A DNA stretch of 64,000 bases, taken from IMG/VR virus record IMGVR_UViG_3300007640_000027. The stretch is one strand, 5' to 3'. The translations under genes were made by a program, and so were the position numbers. The DNA comes from a virus. Every line of letters starts with the position of its first letter. Positions within the stretch are counted from its first letter, which is position 1. The notes under the pieces were generated by a model. The model was not told the DNA's origin, searched no databases, and saw nothing but the letters and a program-made list of their open reading frames with translations. Below are positions 28,588 to 37,443 of the stretch, in pieces.

Positions 28588-29769
28588 ATGAAAAAAATAG
28601 ACTTATTTAAAGTTTTTATGTCACCTACCGCAGCTGAAGAAGTGGGTAAAGTTTTAAACAGTGGTTACATAGGTCAAGGACCAAAAGTAGATGAATTTGA
28701 AACAATATTAAAACAAAGATTTAACCACGATTATATTTCTACTGTAAATGCAGGAACATCTGCCCTACATTTAGCACTTCATTTATTAAAAAAGCCTTCA
28801 ATAAATCAATTGACTAAATTTGGTAGTTTAATGTATGAATCAAAATGGCCAGGTTTAGAAGATGGAGATGAAGTTTTAGCTACACCGATGACTTGTACCG
28901 CCTCAAACTGGCCTATATTGGCAAATAATCTTAAAATAAAATGGGTAGATATTGACCCAACTACTTTAAATATGGATTTAGATGATTTAGCCAGAAAAAT
29001 TACACCAAAAACAAAAGTAATAATGTTGGTACATTGGGGTGGTTATCCGAATGACTTAGAAAAAGTTAAACAAATTCAAGAAAGAGCATATAGTATGTAT
29101 GGTTTTAAACCCGCTATTATTGAAGATGGTGCACACTCTTTTGGTTCAGAATACAAAGGTAAACTTATCGGTACACATGGTAATTTAACAATGTTTTCTT
29201 TACAAGCAATTAAACATATAACATCTGTAGATGGTGGGTTGCTTTTTTCACCACATAAAAAATTAAATGACAGGGCAAGGTTAATTAGGTGGTATGGTAT
29301 TGACAGAGACAGTGATAGAAAAGATTTTAGATGTGAGGCCGATATTGAGGAATGGGGTTTTAAGTTTCATATGAATGATGTTTGCGCTACGGTTGGTATT
29401 GAAAATTTAAAACATGCTGATGAAATTATTAGTAAGCATAGAGAAAATGCCAAATACTACGATGAAAACTTAAAAGAGGTAAATGGTGTTACATTGTTAA
29501 AAAGAGAAGATGGTTTTGATTCTGCATTTTGGATATACTCAATGTTAGTTGAAGATAGAGATGGTTTTTATAAACATATGGAAAAACACAATATTTCAGT
29601 ATCTCAAGTTCATGAAAGAAATGATAAACACACTTGCGTTAGAGAATATGTTAGTAATCTACCTAATTTAGATAGAACAATAAACAAAATTGTTTCAATA
29701 CCTGTTGGTTGGTGGGTAACACCTGAAGAAAGAGAATATATTGTTGAGACAATAAAAAAAGGTTGGTAA
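28588..29769 (+). CDS. DegT/DnrJ/EryC1/StrS PLP-dependent sugar aminotransferase
   Basis: NAGTSALHLAL, VHWGG, IEDGAHSFG, FSLQAIKHIT..DGG. Confidence 0.93.
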   Translation: MKKIDLFKVFMSPTAAEEVGKVLNSGYIGQGPKVDEFETILKQRFNHDYISTVNAGTSALHLALHLLKKPSINQLTKFGSLMYESKWPGLEDGDEVLATPMTCTASNWPILANNLKIKWVDIDPTTLNMDLDDLARKITPKTKVIMLVHWGGYPNDLEKVKQIQERAYSMYGFKPAIIEDGAHSFGSEYKGKLIGTHGNLTMFSLQAIKHITSVDGGLLFSPHKKLNDRARLIRWYGIDRDSDRKDFRCEADIEEWGFKFHMNDVCATVGIENLKHADEIISKHRENAKYYDENLKEVNGVTLLKREDGFDSAFWIYSMLVEDRDGFYKHMEKHNISVSQVHERNDKHTCVREYVSNLPNLDRTINKIVSIPVGWWVTPEEREYIVETIKKGW

Positions 29770-30191
29770 TGAAATTGAGACCATTAACCATAAATGATAT
29801 TGATTTCTTACTTGAAGTTAGAAATGATGATTCTACACGTAGATTTTTAGAAAATGATTCTATTTTTACGTATGATGAAAGTTTAAATTGGTTTAATACT
29901 ACAAAACCTAATTGGTTTATTATTGAAGTCAATAACGAAAGAGTTGGTTATATTAGAACTAATGGTGATGAAGTTGGTTGTGATATTCATCCTAATTTTC
30001 GCAGAAAAGGTTATGCTCGTCAAGCTTATTTAGAATACTTAAAAGATAAATCATACGCCACTTTATGGGTTTTTGAAAATAACTTTGCAAAAAACTTATA
30101 TAAATCTTTAGGTTTTATAGAAACAGGTGAAGTTAAAATCATTAGAAATCAAAAGTATATATTTATGAAATATGAAAGAAGAAATAGTTAA
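29763..30191 (+). CDS. GNAT N-acetyltransferase (PseH-like)
   Basis: LLEVRND, IHPNFRRKGYA, N.AKNLYKSLGF. Confidence 0.8.
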   Translation: MVMKLRPLTINDIDFLLEVRNDDSTRRFLENDSIFTYDESLNWFNTTKPNWFIIEVNNERVGYIRTNGDEVGCDIHPNFRRKGYARQAYLEYLKDKSYATLWVFENNFAKNLYKSLGFIETGEVKIIRNQKYIFMKYERRNS

Positions 30192-30801
30192 TAAAATTTT
30201 TATTGGTGGTTTTGGTGGTACGGGAAGTAGAGTTATTACTGAAATATTTGAAGCGTTTGGATACTATATCGGAAGAGAAATTGGTGGAAATTCATTAGAT
30301 TTTGGTAAAGGTAAATTTGTAGGTGCATTTGACAGATCTTGGAGAGTTAAAAATTTTAATGAAGTTATTAAGTTTATTAAAGATAATCTAAAAAACTCAG
30401 ATCGTTTTGCCATTAAACATGGTCATTTTATGTTTATTAATGATGTACTTAAAGAAAATTTTCCCGGATGTAAAACAGTATATATTATGAGACATCCAAT
30501 AGATATGGCGGTTAAAAATCAATATAAACCTCATTGTAAATATAGTAATATTAAGTGTAATGATTTAGACGGTAAAATAAAATATTATATAAATGAATCT
30601 ATTAAATCCTGTGAACAATCAGATTTAATTATAAAATATGAAGATCTTTGTGTTGATTTAGAAAATCAACTAAAAATAATTAAGCAATTTATTGGTGATA
30701 ATACTTTATTTTTACCTAAAATAAACATAAAACCTTCATCATCAACAGGTAAACAAGTACACTTATATGATAAGTACGATGTTTCAATGTTAGGGTATTA
30801 A
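30172..30801 (+). CDS. Sulfotransferase-like protein
   Basis: IFIGGFGGTGSRV PAPS-loop-like motif, MRHPID, IKYEDL. Confidence 0.65.
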   Translation: MKEEIVNKIFIGGFGGTGSRVITEIFEAFGYYIGREIGGNSLDFGKGKFVGAFDRSWRVKNFNEVIKFIKDNLKNSDRFAIKHGHFMFINDVLKENFPGCKTVYIMRHPIDMAVKNQYKPHCKYSNIKCNDLDGKIKYYINESIKSCEQSDLIIKYEDLCVDLENQLKIIKQFIGDNTLFLPKINIKPSSSTGKQVHLYDKYDVSMLGY

Positions 30802-30812
30802 ATTCGTAAATT

Positions 30813-31490
30813 ATGAATATAAAAAATCATCCAATAGAATTTTATATAGATAAGTTAAATAAAAAAGAACATTTTTCATTTACCAGATGGGGAGATGGAG
30901 AGTGGTTTTGTGCTATGGGAGTACAGGGTCAAAATTGTGACTCACATATTTACTTTCCAGAATTAAAAGATGGTCTTAATTTAGCATTAAAAAATAATAA
31001 AGGTTATTATAAGGCAATATGGAATTTAGATCATGGACAAATAAAAAATATCTTAAATAGATTACTACCTTTTTTAAATGATAATAAAATATCTGTAGAT
31101 TGGGTAAATGCCGGAATATGGGAAGATGTTACTCTTAATGGTAAATTAAAAACTTTAATAGATTCTTTAGAAAAAAGAAATTTTGTAATAGTGTCAAACG
31201 ATAACTTAAAAAACTTAAACATCAAATATTGTGATTTTATTACCGTACCTTCACGTAATTGTTTTTTAGATAAAGAAAGGATTAAACTCGACATGATTAA
31301 AATGACTGAAAAATATAAAGATGTAGTATTTGGTTTATCGGCATCTATGGCCACAAATGTAATTGTAGACGAACTTTACGATGTTATCGGAGATAGATGT
31401 ACTATGATTGATTTTGGATCTATATGGGATCCATTTGTTGGTAAACAAACTAGAAGTTATCACAGACAATATAAAACCAATAAAATATGA
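30813..31490 (+). CDS. GT-D fold (DUF1792-like) glycosyltransferase
   Basis: FSFTRWGDGE and C-terminal IDFGSIWD motifs. Confidence 0.65.
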   Translation: MNIKNHPIEFYIDKLNKKEHFSFTRWGDGEWFCAMGVQGQNCDSHIYFPELKDGLNLALKNNKGYYKAIWNLDHGQIKNILNRLLPFLNDNKISVDWVNAGIWEDVTLNGKLKTLIDSLEKRNFVIVSNDNLKNLNIKYCDFITVPSRNCFLDKERIKLDMIKMTEKYKDVVFGLSASMATNVIVDELYDVIGDRCTMIDFGSIWDPFVGKQTRSYHRQYKTNKI

Positions 31491-32203
31491 TTCATTGTAG
31501 ACCATATGGTGGAATTTCAAATAGAATGAAATGTATAATTTCATGTATTGCAGAGTATGATGAAATTAATTTAATATGGAAAATACCTGAAACCGGTGGT
31601 GGTGTTAGATGTGAATTTAATGACATTTATAAAAATATCTATAAAGGACATTCAAGCAAAATAGTAAATAGTTGTAAATTTATACATGAAGAAATGAATA
31701 CCTTAGAAGATGAAGAAAAAAACACATTATCTAATGAACTTAAACAAAAATACTTAAATGTAATAAAAACATTACAACCTGTTGATTATATTTTAGAAAG
31801 AGTTAAAGAAGAAAAAGATAAATTAGGTGATTTTAATACTGTTAGTGTAAGAACTTTCAGAAGTTTTGAGCAAGAGTATGAATCTTGGGGTAAATTTTTT
31901 AAAATAGAAAATTTATTTAAAATTATGGATAATTTAGAAGGTAAAATTCTATTAACTTGTGACGATAATGATGTTACAGACGTAATAAAAAATAAATATG
32001 ATGTTTATACCACACCAAAAAGAACTAAATTCGGAGATTTTACTACTGTAGAAGGTATGCAAGACATATTAATAGATCAATATTTAGGAGGTATGGCAAA
32101 AAATTTATATGGTACAAGAATGAGTAGTTTTAGTGAAATGCAATGGTGGTTGGGACTTTGTCAGTCAAATTATATACAAATGAAATTACATGAAAAAAAT
32201 TAA
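31487..32203 (+). CDS. O-fucosyltransferase/NodZ-like glycosyltransferase
   Basis: GGISNRM, VSVRT, LTCDD, ID.YL...GT..SSFS. Confidence 0.6.
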   Translation: MIHCRPYGGISNRMKCIISCIAEYDEINLIWKIPETGGGVRCEFNDIYKNIYKGHSSKIVNSCKFIHEEMNTLEDEEKNTLSNELKQKYLNVIKTLQPVDYILERVKEEKDKLGDFNTVSVRTFRSFEQEYESWGKFFKIENLFKIMDNLEGKILLTCDDNDVTDVIKNKYDVYTTPKRTKFGDFTTVEGMQDILIDQYLGGMAKNLYGTRMSSFSEMQWWLGLCQSNYIQMKLHEKN

Positions 32204-32360
32204 TAAACTTTTCAGAATATTAAAACTACGATTTTTGTATGGTTATATGAATTGTGAAAATTGTGGTAAATTTACAAATAAAATCACATCTATCCCTTAT
32301 ATTGAAGCGGGTTTTTTAGTTTGTCACAGATGTGATAAAATTGATCTAAATAATGAATAA
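32190..32360 (+). CDS. Small zinc-ribbon protein (56 aa)
   Basis: Hand translation MKKINKLFRILKLRFLYGYMNCENCGKFTNKITSIPYIEAGFLVCHRCDKIDLNNE*; CxxC...CxxC; overlaps both neighbours. Confidence 0.5.
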   Translation: MKKINKLFRILKLRFLYGYMNCENCGKFTNKITSIPYIEAGFLVCHRCDKIDLNNE

Positions 32361-32748
32361 CGTTTGGGTAAACGGTACTTTTGATGTTTTACACGTAGGA
32401 CATATTCGTTTATTAAAATTAGCTAGTACTTTTGGGAAAGTTCGTGTCGGTATAGATTCGGATGATAGGATTAAAAAATTAAAGGGACCTGAGAGACCTT
32501 TTAATACGATGAACGTAAGAAAAGAGATGTTGGAGTCTTTAGTTTATGTTGATAGTGTCGTAATATTTAATGATGATTATAGTTTAGTTAACGAAATAAA
32601 AAATTGGAATTCTAAAACTATGGTCATTGGATCGGATTATAAAAACAAAAAAATAATTGGTGGTGATTTGTTTGAGAATATTATTTATTTTGACAGACTT
32701 TCGGACTACTCAACCACAAAAATTTTGGAGTTTTATAAGAATGAATAA
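32353..32748 (+). CDS. Cytidylyl/adenylyltransferase (RfaE domain II / TagD-like)
   Basis: GTFDVLHVGH, GIDSD, KG.ERP, GSDY, YSTT. Confidence 0.88.
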   Translation: MNNVWVNGTFDVLHVGHIRLLKLASTFGKVRVGIDSDDRIKKLKGPERPFNTMNVRKEMLESLVYVDSVVIFNDDYSLVNEIKNWNSKTMVIGSDYKNKKIIGGDLFENIIYFDRLSDYSTTKILEFYKNE

Positions 32749-32767
32749 CTACTTAAAATTTTAATAG

Positions 32768-33475
32768 ATGCCGGAAAGAGGTAAGAAGAGTTTGGATTTT
32801 AATAACAGGAAGGATTTAATCAATCATATTATCGGTAAAAGAACAAGAAGAAAGTTTCTTTCAGAAAATCAAAAAAATTATTATGAATATCTCAGAGAAA
32901 ATGAGATAACCATTTGTACAGGCCCTGCGGGTGTTGGTAAGTCTTATATTGCGATGAGAGCGGCAATTGATTTATTAATGGATAAGGATAATTCATATGA
33001 AAAAATAATCATTGTCAGACCTGCTGTTGAAGCTGAAGAAAAATTAGGTTCATTACCTGGTAATTTGGAAGAAAAATTGGATCCTTATATTTTTCCTTCA
33101 TATTATCTTTTAAATAAGATAATCGGAAAAGATGCGAGAGAAAAACTTAAAGAAAATGATGTAATTGAAGTATTTGCCTTGGCATATATGAGAGGTATGA
33201 ATATAGATAATTCAATCTTGATTTTTGAGGAAGCACAAAATTCAACTCCATCACAAATGAAATTACTATTGACAAGAATCGGTTTCAATAGTAAATTTTT
33301 CATATCAGGTGATATTGATCAAACGGACAGATATAAGGATAAAACACAATCAGGTTTGTATGATGCGATGTCAAGGTTTAATGACATTAAAAATATTGGA
33401 ATTTTTAAGTTTGAAAAAGAAGATGTTATTAGAAATCCTTTGATTGGAGAAATATTAAAAAAATATGAATCATGA
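32768..33475 (+). CDS. phoH: PhoH-family ATPase
   Basis: GPAGVGKS, RPAVE, LPG, AYMRG, EEAQN, LTRIG, GDIDQTD. Confidence 0.93.
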   Translation: MPERGKKSLDFNNRKDLINHIIGKRTRRKFLSENQKNYYEYLRENEITICTGPAGVGKSYIAMRAAIDLLMDKDNSYEKIIIVRPAVEAEEKLGSLPGNLEEKLDPYIFPSYYLLNKIIGKDAREKLKENDVIEVFALAYMRGMNIDNSILIFEEAQNSTPSQMKLLLTRIGFNSKFFISGDIDQTDRYKDKTQSGLYDAMSRFNDIKNIGIFKFEKEDVIRNPLIGEILKKYES

Positions 33476-34125
33476 AAATAGCGTTTGATATTAATGATGT
33501 TTTAAGAAACACATACGTAAAAGCATCTGAGATATACCAAAAATTTTATGTTGACGAATTCCAAGAAGAAAAAACGTCAGTTTTTGATGAGGAAAAGGAA
33601 GAGTTCATTGAAATTGATCTTGAAGACGAATTTAAGTATGAATTAAATTTGCCGATTAAAGATAAATCAAACTTAATTGAAAATTTTAAATTTAAATCTG
33701 AAGATGATTTAAATAATTTCTTTTATGTGGATTTTCCAATGCAAATTTTTGGACATGCGCCTTCATTGGACAGTAAAACATTTCAAAGTCTAAATGAGAT
33801 CTATGAGGATCTTCGTGATGATCATAATTTGTCAATTATTTCATATGAGGTTTTAAAAAGCAAACCCGCTAGTTTATTTTTCTTATCAAAATATGGTTGT
33901 TTAATTGAAACGATTAAATTTTATTCTAATACAACATTTGATAATATATGGAAAGATCACGAAATCATTGTGACCGCCGATCCTGAAATTATAAAATCAA
34001 AACCCAAAAATAAAACGGTTATAAAACTTGGAACAACTTATAACAAAGATTTTAATGCTGATTATGAAATTTCAGAAATAAACGATCTAAAAGATCTATA
34101 TAACCAATTAAAATTAAAAAAATGA
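33472..34125 (+). CDS. 5'(3')-deoxyribonucleotidase-like HAD protein (possibly degenerate)
   Basis: MKIAFDINDVLR N-terminus; C-terminal YN....AD..I. Confidence 0.55.
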   Translation: MKIAFDINDVLRNTYVKASEIYQKFYVDEFQEEKTSVFDEEKEEFIEIDLEDEFKYELNLPIKDKSNLIENFKFKSEDDLNNFFYVDFPMQIFGHAPSLDSKTFQSLNEIYEDLRDDHNLSIISYEVLKSKPASLFFLSKYGCLIETIKFYSNTTFDNIWKDHEIIVTADPEIIKSKPKNKTVIKLGTTYNKDFNADYEISEINDLKDLYNQLKLKK

Positions 34126-34394
34126 TGCTAGATATATTGGGAGAAAAGTACTATATTGATTTGGATGCTTTGGATAAATTCATTTCATATAGTGTTAACA
34201 TACCGACAGGTGCAACTGAACAACACATTTCTATTGCAAAATATGAAGGGATAAAATTAATGATTGAATCTATTTTTAACGAAGAAAACGAAATTGATGA
34301 AAATTTGGGTATTCATCACGCAAAAAATTTAACTATTCCCTTTCGTTTAGCATTTAATACATTATTAAGACATGAAATATTAAAACATTTATAA
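34122..34394 (+). CDS. Hypothetical protein
   Basis: ORF in operon. Confidence 0.55.
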   Translation: MMLDILGEKYYIDLDALDKFISYSVNIPTGATEQHISIAKYEGIKLMIESIFNEENEIDENLGIHHAKNLTIPFRLAFNTLLRHEILKHL

Positions 34395-34395
34395 T

Positions 34396-35460
34396 ATGGA
34401 TAAGGAAACATTATTAAAAGTTGAAAAATCAATTCAAAATTTGAATGATAAAAAATCAAGAATATATTTCTTGGTTCAAGACACAAAAGGAAATGCCAGA
34501 GCATCAATAAGATACATTTATCAGATGGCAAAGGTATTAAAAGATAACGGGTATAATGCAATTATTCTTCACGAAAAAAATGATTATGAAGGAGTTTCTT
34601 CTTGGTTAAGTGAGGGATATGAAGGCATTCCACATGAATCAATTGAAGAACAGAATCTACAGATTTCGCCTGAAGATTATGTAATCATTCCTGAACTTTA
34701 TGGTCACGTTTTGGAACAACTATCTCAAATCCCATCAGGAAAAATCGTATTGTGTCAAGCGTATGATTATATGTTGGAGACTTTGCAACCAGGAACTTCT
34801 TGGAGTCAATATGGTTTTTTGAAGTCAATCACAACATCTGAACAACAACAGAACTATGTTGAAGGAATAATGAAGAACGTGACGTTTGATATTATTCCTC
34901 CTGTATTATCACCTGTATTTAAAGAAAAAGACAAACCGTCAAAACCAATAATTTCTATTCATACTCGTGATCAGAGAGACACTATGAAGATTATTAAATC
35001 ATTTTATTTAAAATACCCACAATTCCGTTGGATCACATTCCGTGATATGAGAGGTATTAGTGAGGAACAATTTTCAGAGTATTTAAGAGACTCTTTCGTT
35101 TCTGTATGGGTAGATGATCTTTCAGGATTTGGAACCTTTCCTTTGGAAAGTATGGCGTCTAAAACACCTGTTATTGGTAAGGTACCAAACATTAAACCTG
35201 AATGGATGAATGATGATAATGGTATTTGGACTTTCAATGTAAATGAAATGGTTGATATCGTTGCTGATTTTATTCAAAATTGGTTGGAAGATAACATTTC
35301 TGAAAAGTTATATGAACAAGGTTTGGAGACTGCAAAGAAATATCAAAATATGGAAGATTTTCAGAATATAGTACTTGAAACATTCAACAGATTTATTCAA
35401 GTAAGAAAAGAAAATTTTGAAACTCAATTAGAAAAATTAAAAGTTGAAACTAATGAATAA
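34396..35460 (+). CDS. Glycosyltransferase (GT-B)
   Basis: DYVIIPE, SGFGTFPLESMAS.TPVIG. Confidence 0.75.
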   Translation: MDKETLLKVEKSIQNLNDKKSRIYFLVQDTKGNARASIRYIYQMAKVLKDNGYNAIILHEKNDYEGVSSWLSEGYEGIPHESIEEQNLQISPEDYVIIPELYGHVLEQLSQIPSGKIVLCQAYDYMLETLQPGTSWSQYGFLKSITTSEQQQNYVEGIMKNVTFDIIPPVLSPVFKEKDKPSKPIISIHTRDQRDTMKIIKSFYLKYPQFRWITFRDMRGISEEQFSEYLRDSFVSVWVDDLSGFGTFPLESMASKTPVIGKVPNIKPEWMNDDNGIWTFNVNEMVDIVADFIQNWLEDNISEKLYEQGLETAKKYQNMEDFQNIVLETFNRFIQVRKENFETQLEKLKVETNE

Positions 35461-36265
35461 TATGGAAAATATAGACGTTTCGGTAATTTTGCCGATTGAA
35501 AGCACAAAACATAAAAAATTTGACACTTTTTTTAGAACTTTTATTACATCAGTTCATAATCAACAGTTATTACCAAATGAACTTGTTATTGTTCATTCAG
35601 GTGAAGAAAATTTGGTTAGTTATCTAAATGAATTTGAATTTAGCGGTTTAACTGTTAACATTATTCAAAATGATGGACCAACTGACTTTTCAAGTCAAGT
35701 TAATTTGGGTGTTGAAAAATCAAATAGTAAGTGGGTATCAATTGCTGAATTTGATGATGAATATTCATCAATTTGGTTTAAGAATGTAAAAAGATATATG
35801 ACCGCATATCCTGAAGTTGGTGGATTTTTACCATTGGTTGTGGATGTGGATGAAAAAGGTGTATTTGCGGGTTTTACAAATGAAGCAACATTTGCGGCGA
35901 ATATGAATTCTGAAATTGGATATTTGACTAACGAAGTATTACTAAACTATCAAAACTTTCAAAGTAGTGGAATGGTTATTTTAAAAGAATTGTTCCAAGA
36001 GTTTGGAGGTTTTAAACCCTCAATGAAACTAACATTTGTTTATGAGTTCCTATTACGAATGACGTATAATTCTAATAAAATTATGACGATACCTAGAATA
36101 GGTTACAAACACACGAATATGAGAGAAGGATCCATTTTTTGGAATTACAAAAATGGTGAGAATAAGGTGACCCAAGACGAGGTTTCATTTTGGATTGAAT
36201 CGGCAAAAAAAGAACATTTCTTTAAAGAAGATAGGAACATAAAATACGAAGTTCAGCATGATTAA
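35444..36265 (+). CDS. Glycosyltransferase (GT2)
   Basis: VSVILPI, N.GV, EFDD, FGGFK...YEFLLR. Confidence 0.8.
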   Translation: MKLMNNMENIDVSVILPIESTKHKKFDTFFRTFITSVHNQQLLPNELVIVHSGEENLVSYLNEFEFSGLTVNIIQNDGPTDFSSQVNLGVEKSNSKWVSIAEFDDEYSSIWFKNVKRYMTAYPEVGGFLPLVVDVDEKGVFAGFTNEATFAANMNSEIGYLTNEVLLNYQNFQSSGMVILKELFQEFGGFKPSMKLTFVYEFLLRMTYNSNKIMTIPRIGYKHTNMREGSIFWNYKNGENKVTQDEVSFWIESAKKEHFFKEDRNIKYEVQHD

Positions 36266-37029
36266 TGTTCTTGGAAAAATTTACAGGATCTTCTGAAAAT
36301 TTATCAGAAGATCCAAAACCAAAAAAAAGAGGCAGAAAAGCTAAACAGGCAAATTATTTTGACACGCGTGAAGAAGAAGCGGTTAAAATGTTTTTGTCTG
36401 CTGACACTTTTCAAGAAAAAAACGAAATTTATAACGAATATCTTAGACATCCGTTAGATAAGATGATATCTTCAATCATTAGAAGGTATAAACTTTATCG
36501 TAAGGATATGGATTTTCGTGAAATACATAATGACACACATTCTTTTTTGATCACCAAAGTAGAAAAATTCAAACCTGAACGTAACAAAAAGGCATATTCT
36601 TATTTTGGTACCATATGTAAGAATTATTTAATGGGTCAGTTGATTAAGGATCAAAAGGAACAAAATAGAAAAATATCATATGAGGACATTACAAGTAAGA
36701 TTGAAAATCGTCCTGATATGATTTATTATATTGAACACGAAAAAATTGATGCCGCGGATGTTATAATACGATTTACTAAAGAATTAGAACAATATATTGA
36801 GGAAACAGAATTAAACAACAATGAATTAAAATTAGGTTATGCATTGATTGACTTGTTTTCTGATTATGAAGTCATATTTCAAGGTGCAGAAAATAAAAAA
36901 TTCAACAAAAATGTAATCTTACTTTCACTAAGGGAAATGACTAATTTGAACACAAAAGAAATACGTAATTCAATGAAGAAATATAAAGATCTATATTACG
37001 AAATTGTCAAAAAGTTAAATAACCTATAA
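36265..37029 (+). CDS. Late-transcription sigma factor (T4 gp55-like)
   Basis: Sigma region 2: KF.PE...KAYSYFGTICKNYL. Confidence 0.7.
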   Translation: MFLEKFTGSSENLSEDPKPKKRGRKAKQANYFDTREEEAVKMFLSADTFQEKNEIYNEYLRHPLDKMISSIIRRYKLYRKDMDFREIHNDTHSFLITKVEKFKPERNKKAYSYFGTICKNYLMGQLIKDQKEQNRKISYEDITSKIENRPDMIYYIEHEKIDAADVIIRFTKELEQYIEETELNNNELKLGYALIDLFSDYEVIFQGAENKKFNKNVILLSLREMTNLNTKEIRNSMKKYKDLYYEIVKKLNNL

Positions 37030-37057
37030 ATTAAATTCCGATATATTTATAGATACT

Positions 37058-37429
37058 ATGTCAAGACCAAAGAAAAAACAGATTCAACTTAATAAAGATT
37101 CAGTATTGGCACTGATGCAAGAAATCTATAATGAACTTGTGGAACAGAGAGGGACCGCTATTAGAATACAAAATAAAATGTTGGCGATGTTAAAAGATCC
37201 TGAAGATATGCAAGTTATTGGTCCTGTTATCAAAGAACAACAAAAAATTGTTAATGATACCATTGAGAAAAAACTAACTCTTTCAAAACTACAATCTTCC
37301 ATATGGGAAAAATCCACAAACACTGAAGCAGATAATTTTGTATTGAGTGAAATGGATGACGAATTTTTACAAAATCTTATCAATAAGGATGTTGATAATG
37401 AAACAGGTGGTGATGGTTATAAACTTTAA
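37058..37429 (+). CDS. Hypothetical coiled-coil protein
   Basis: ORF behind a late-type promoter. Confidence 0.55.
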   Translation: MSRPKKKQIQLNKDSVLALMQEIYNELVEQRGTAIRIQNKMLAMLKDPEDMQVIGPVIKEQQKIVNDTIEKKLTLSKLQSSIWEKSTNTEADNFVLSEMDDEFLQNLINKDVDNETGGDGYKL

Positions 37430-37443
37430 TTAAATTTGTAAAA

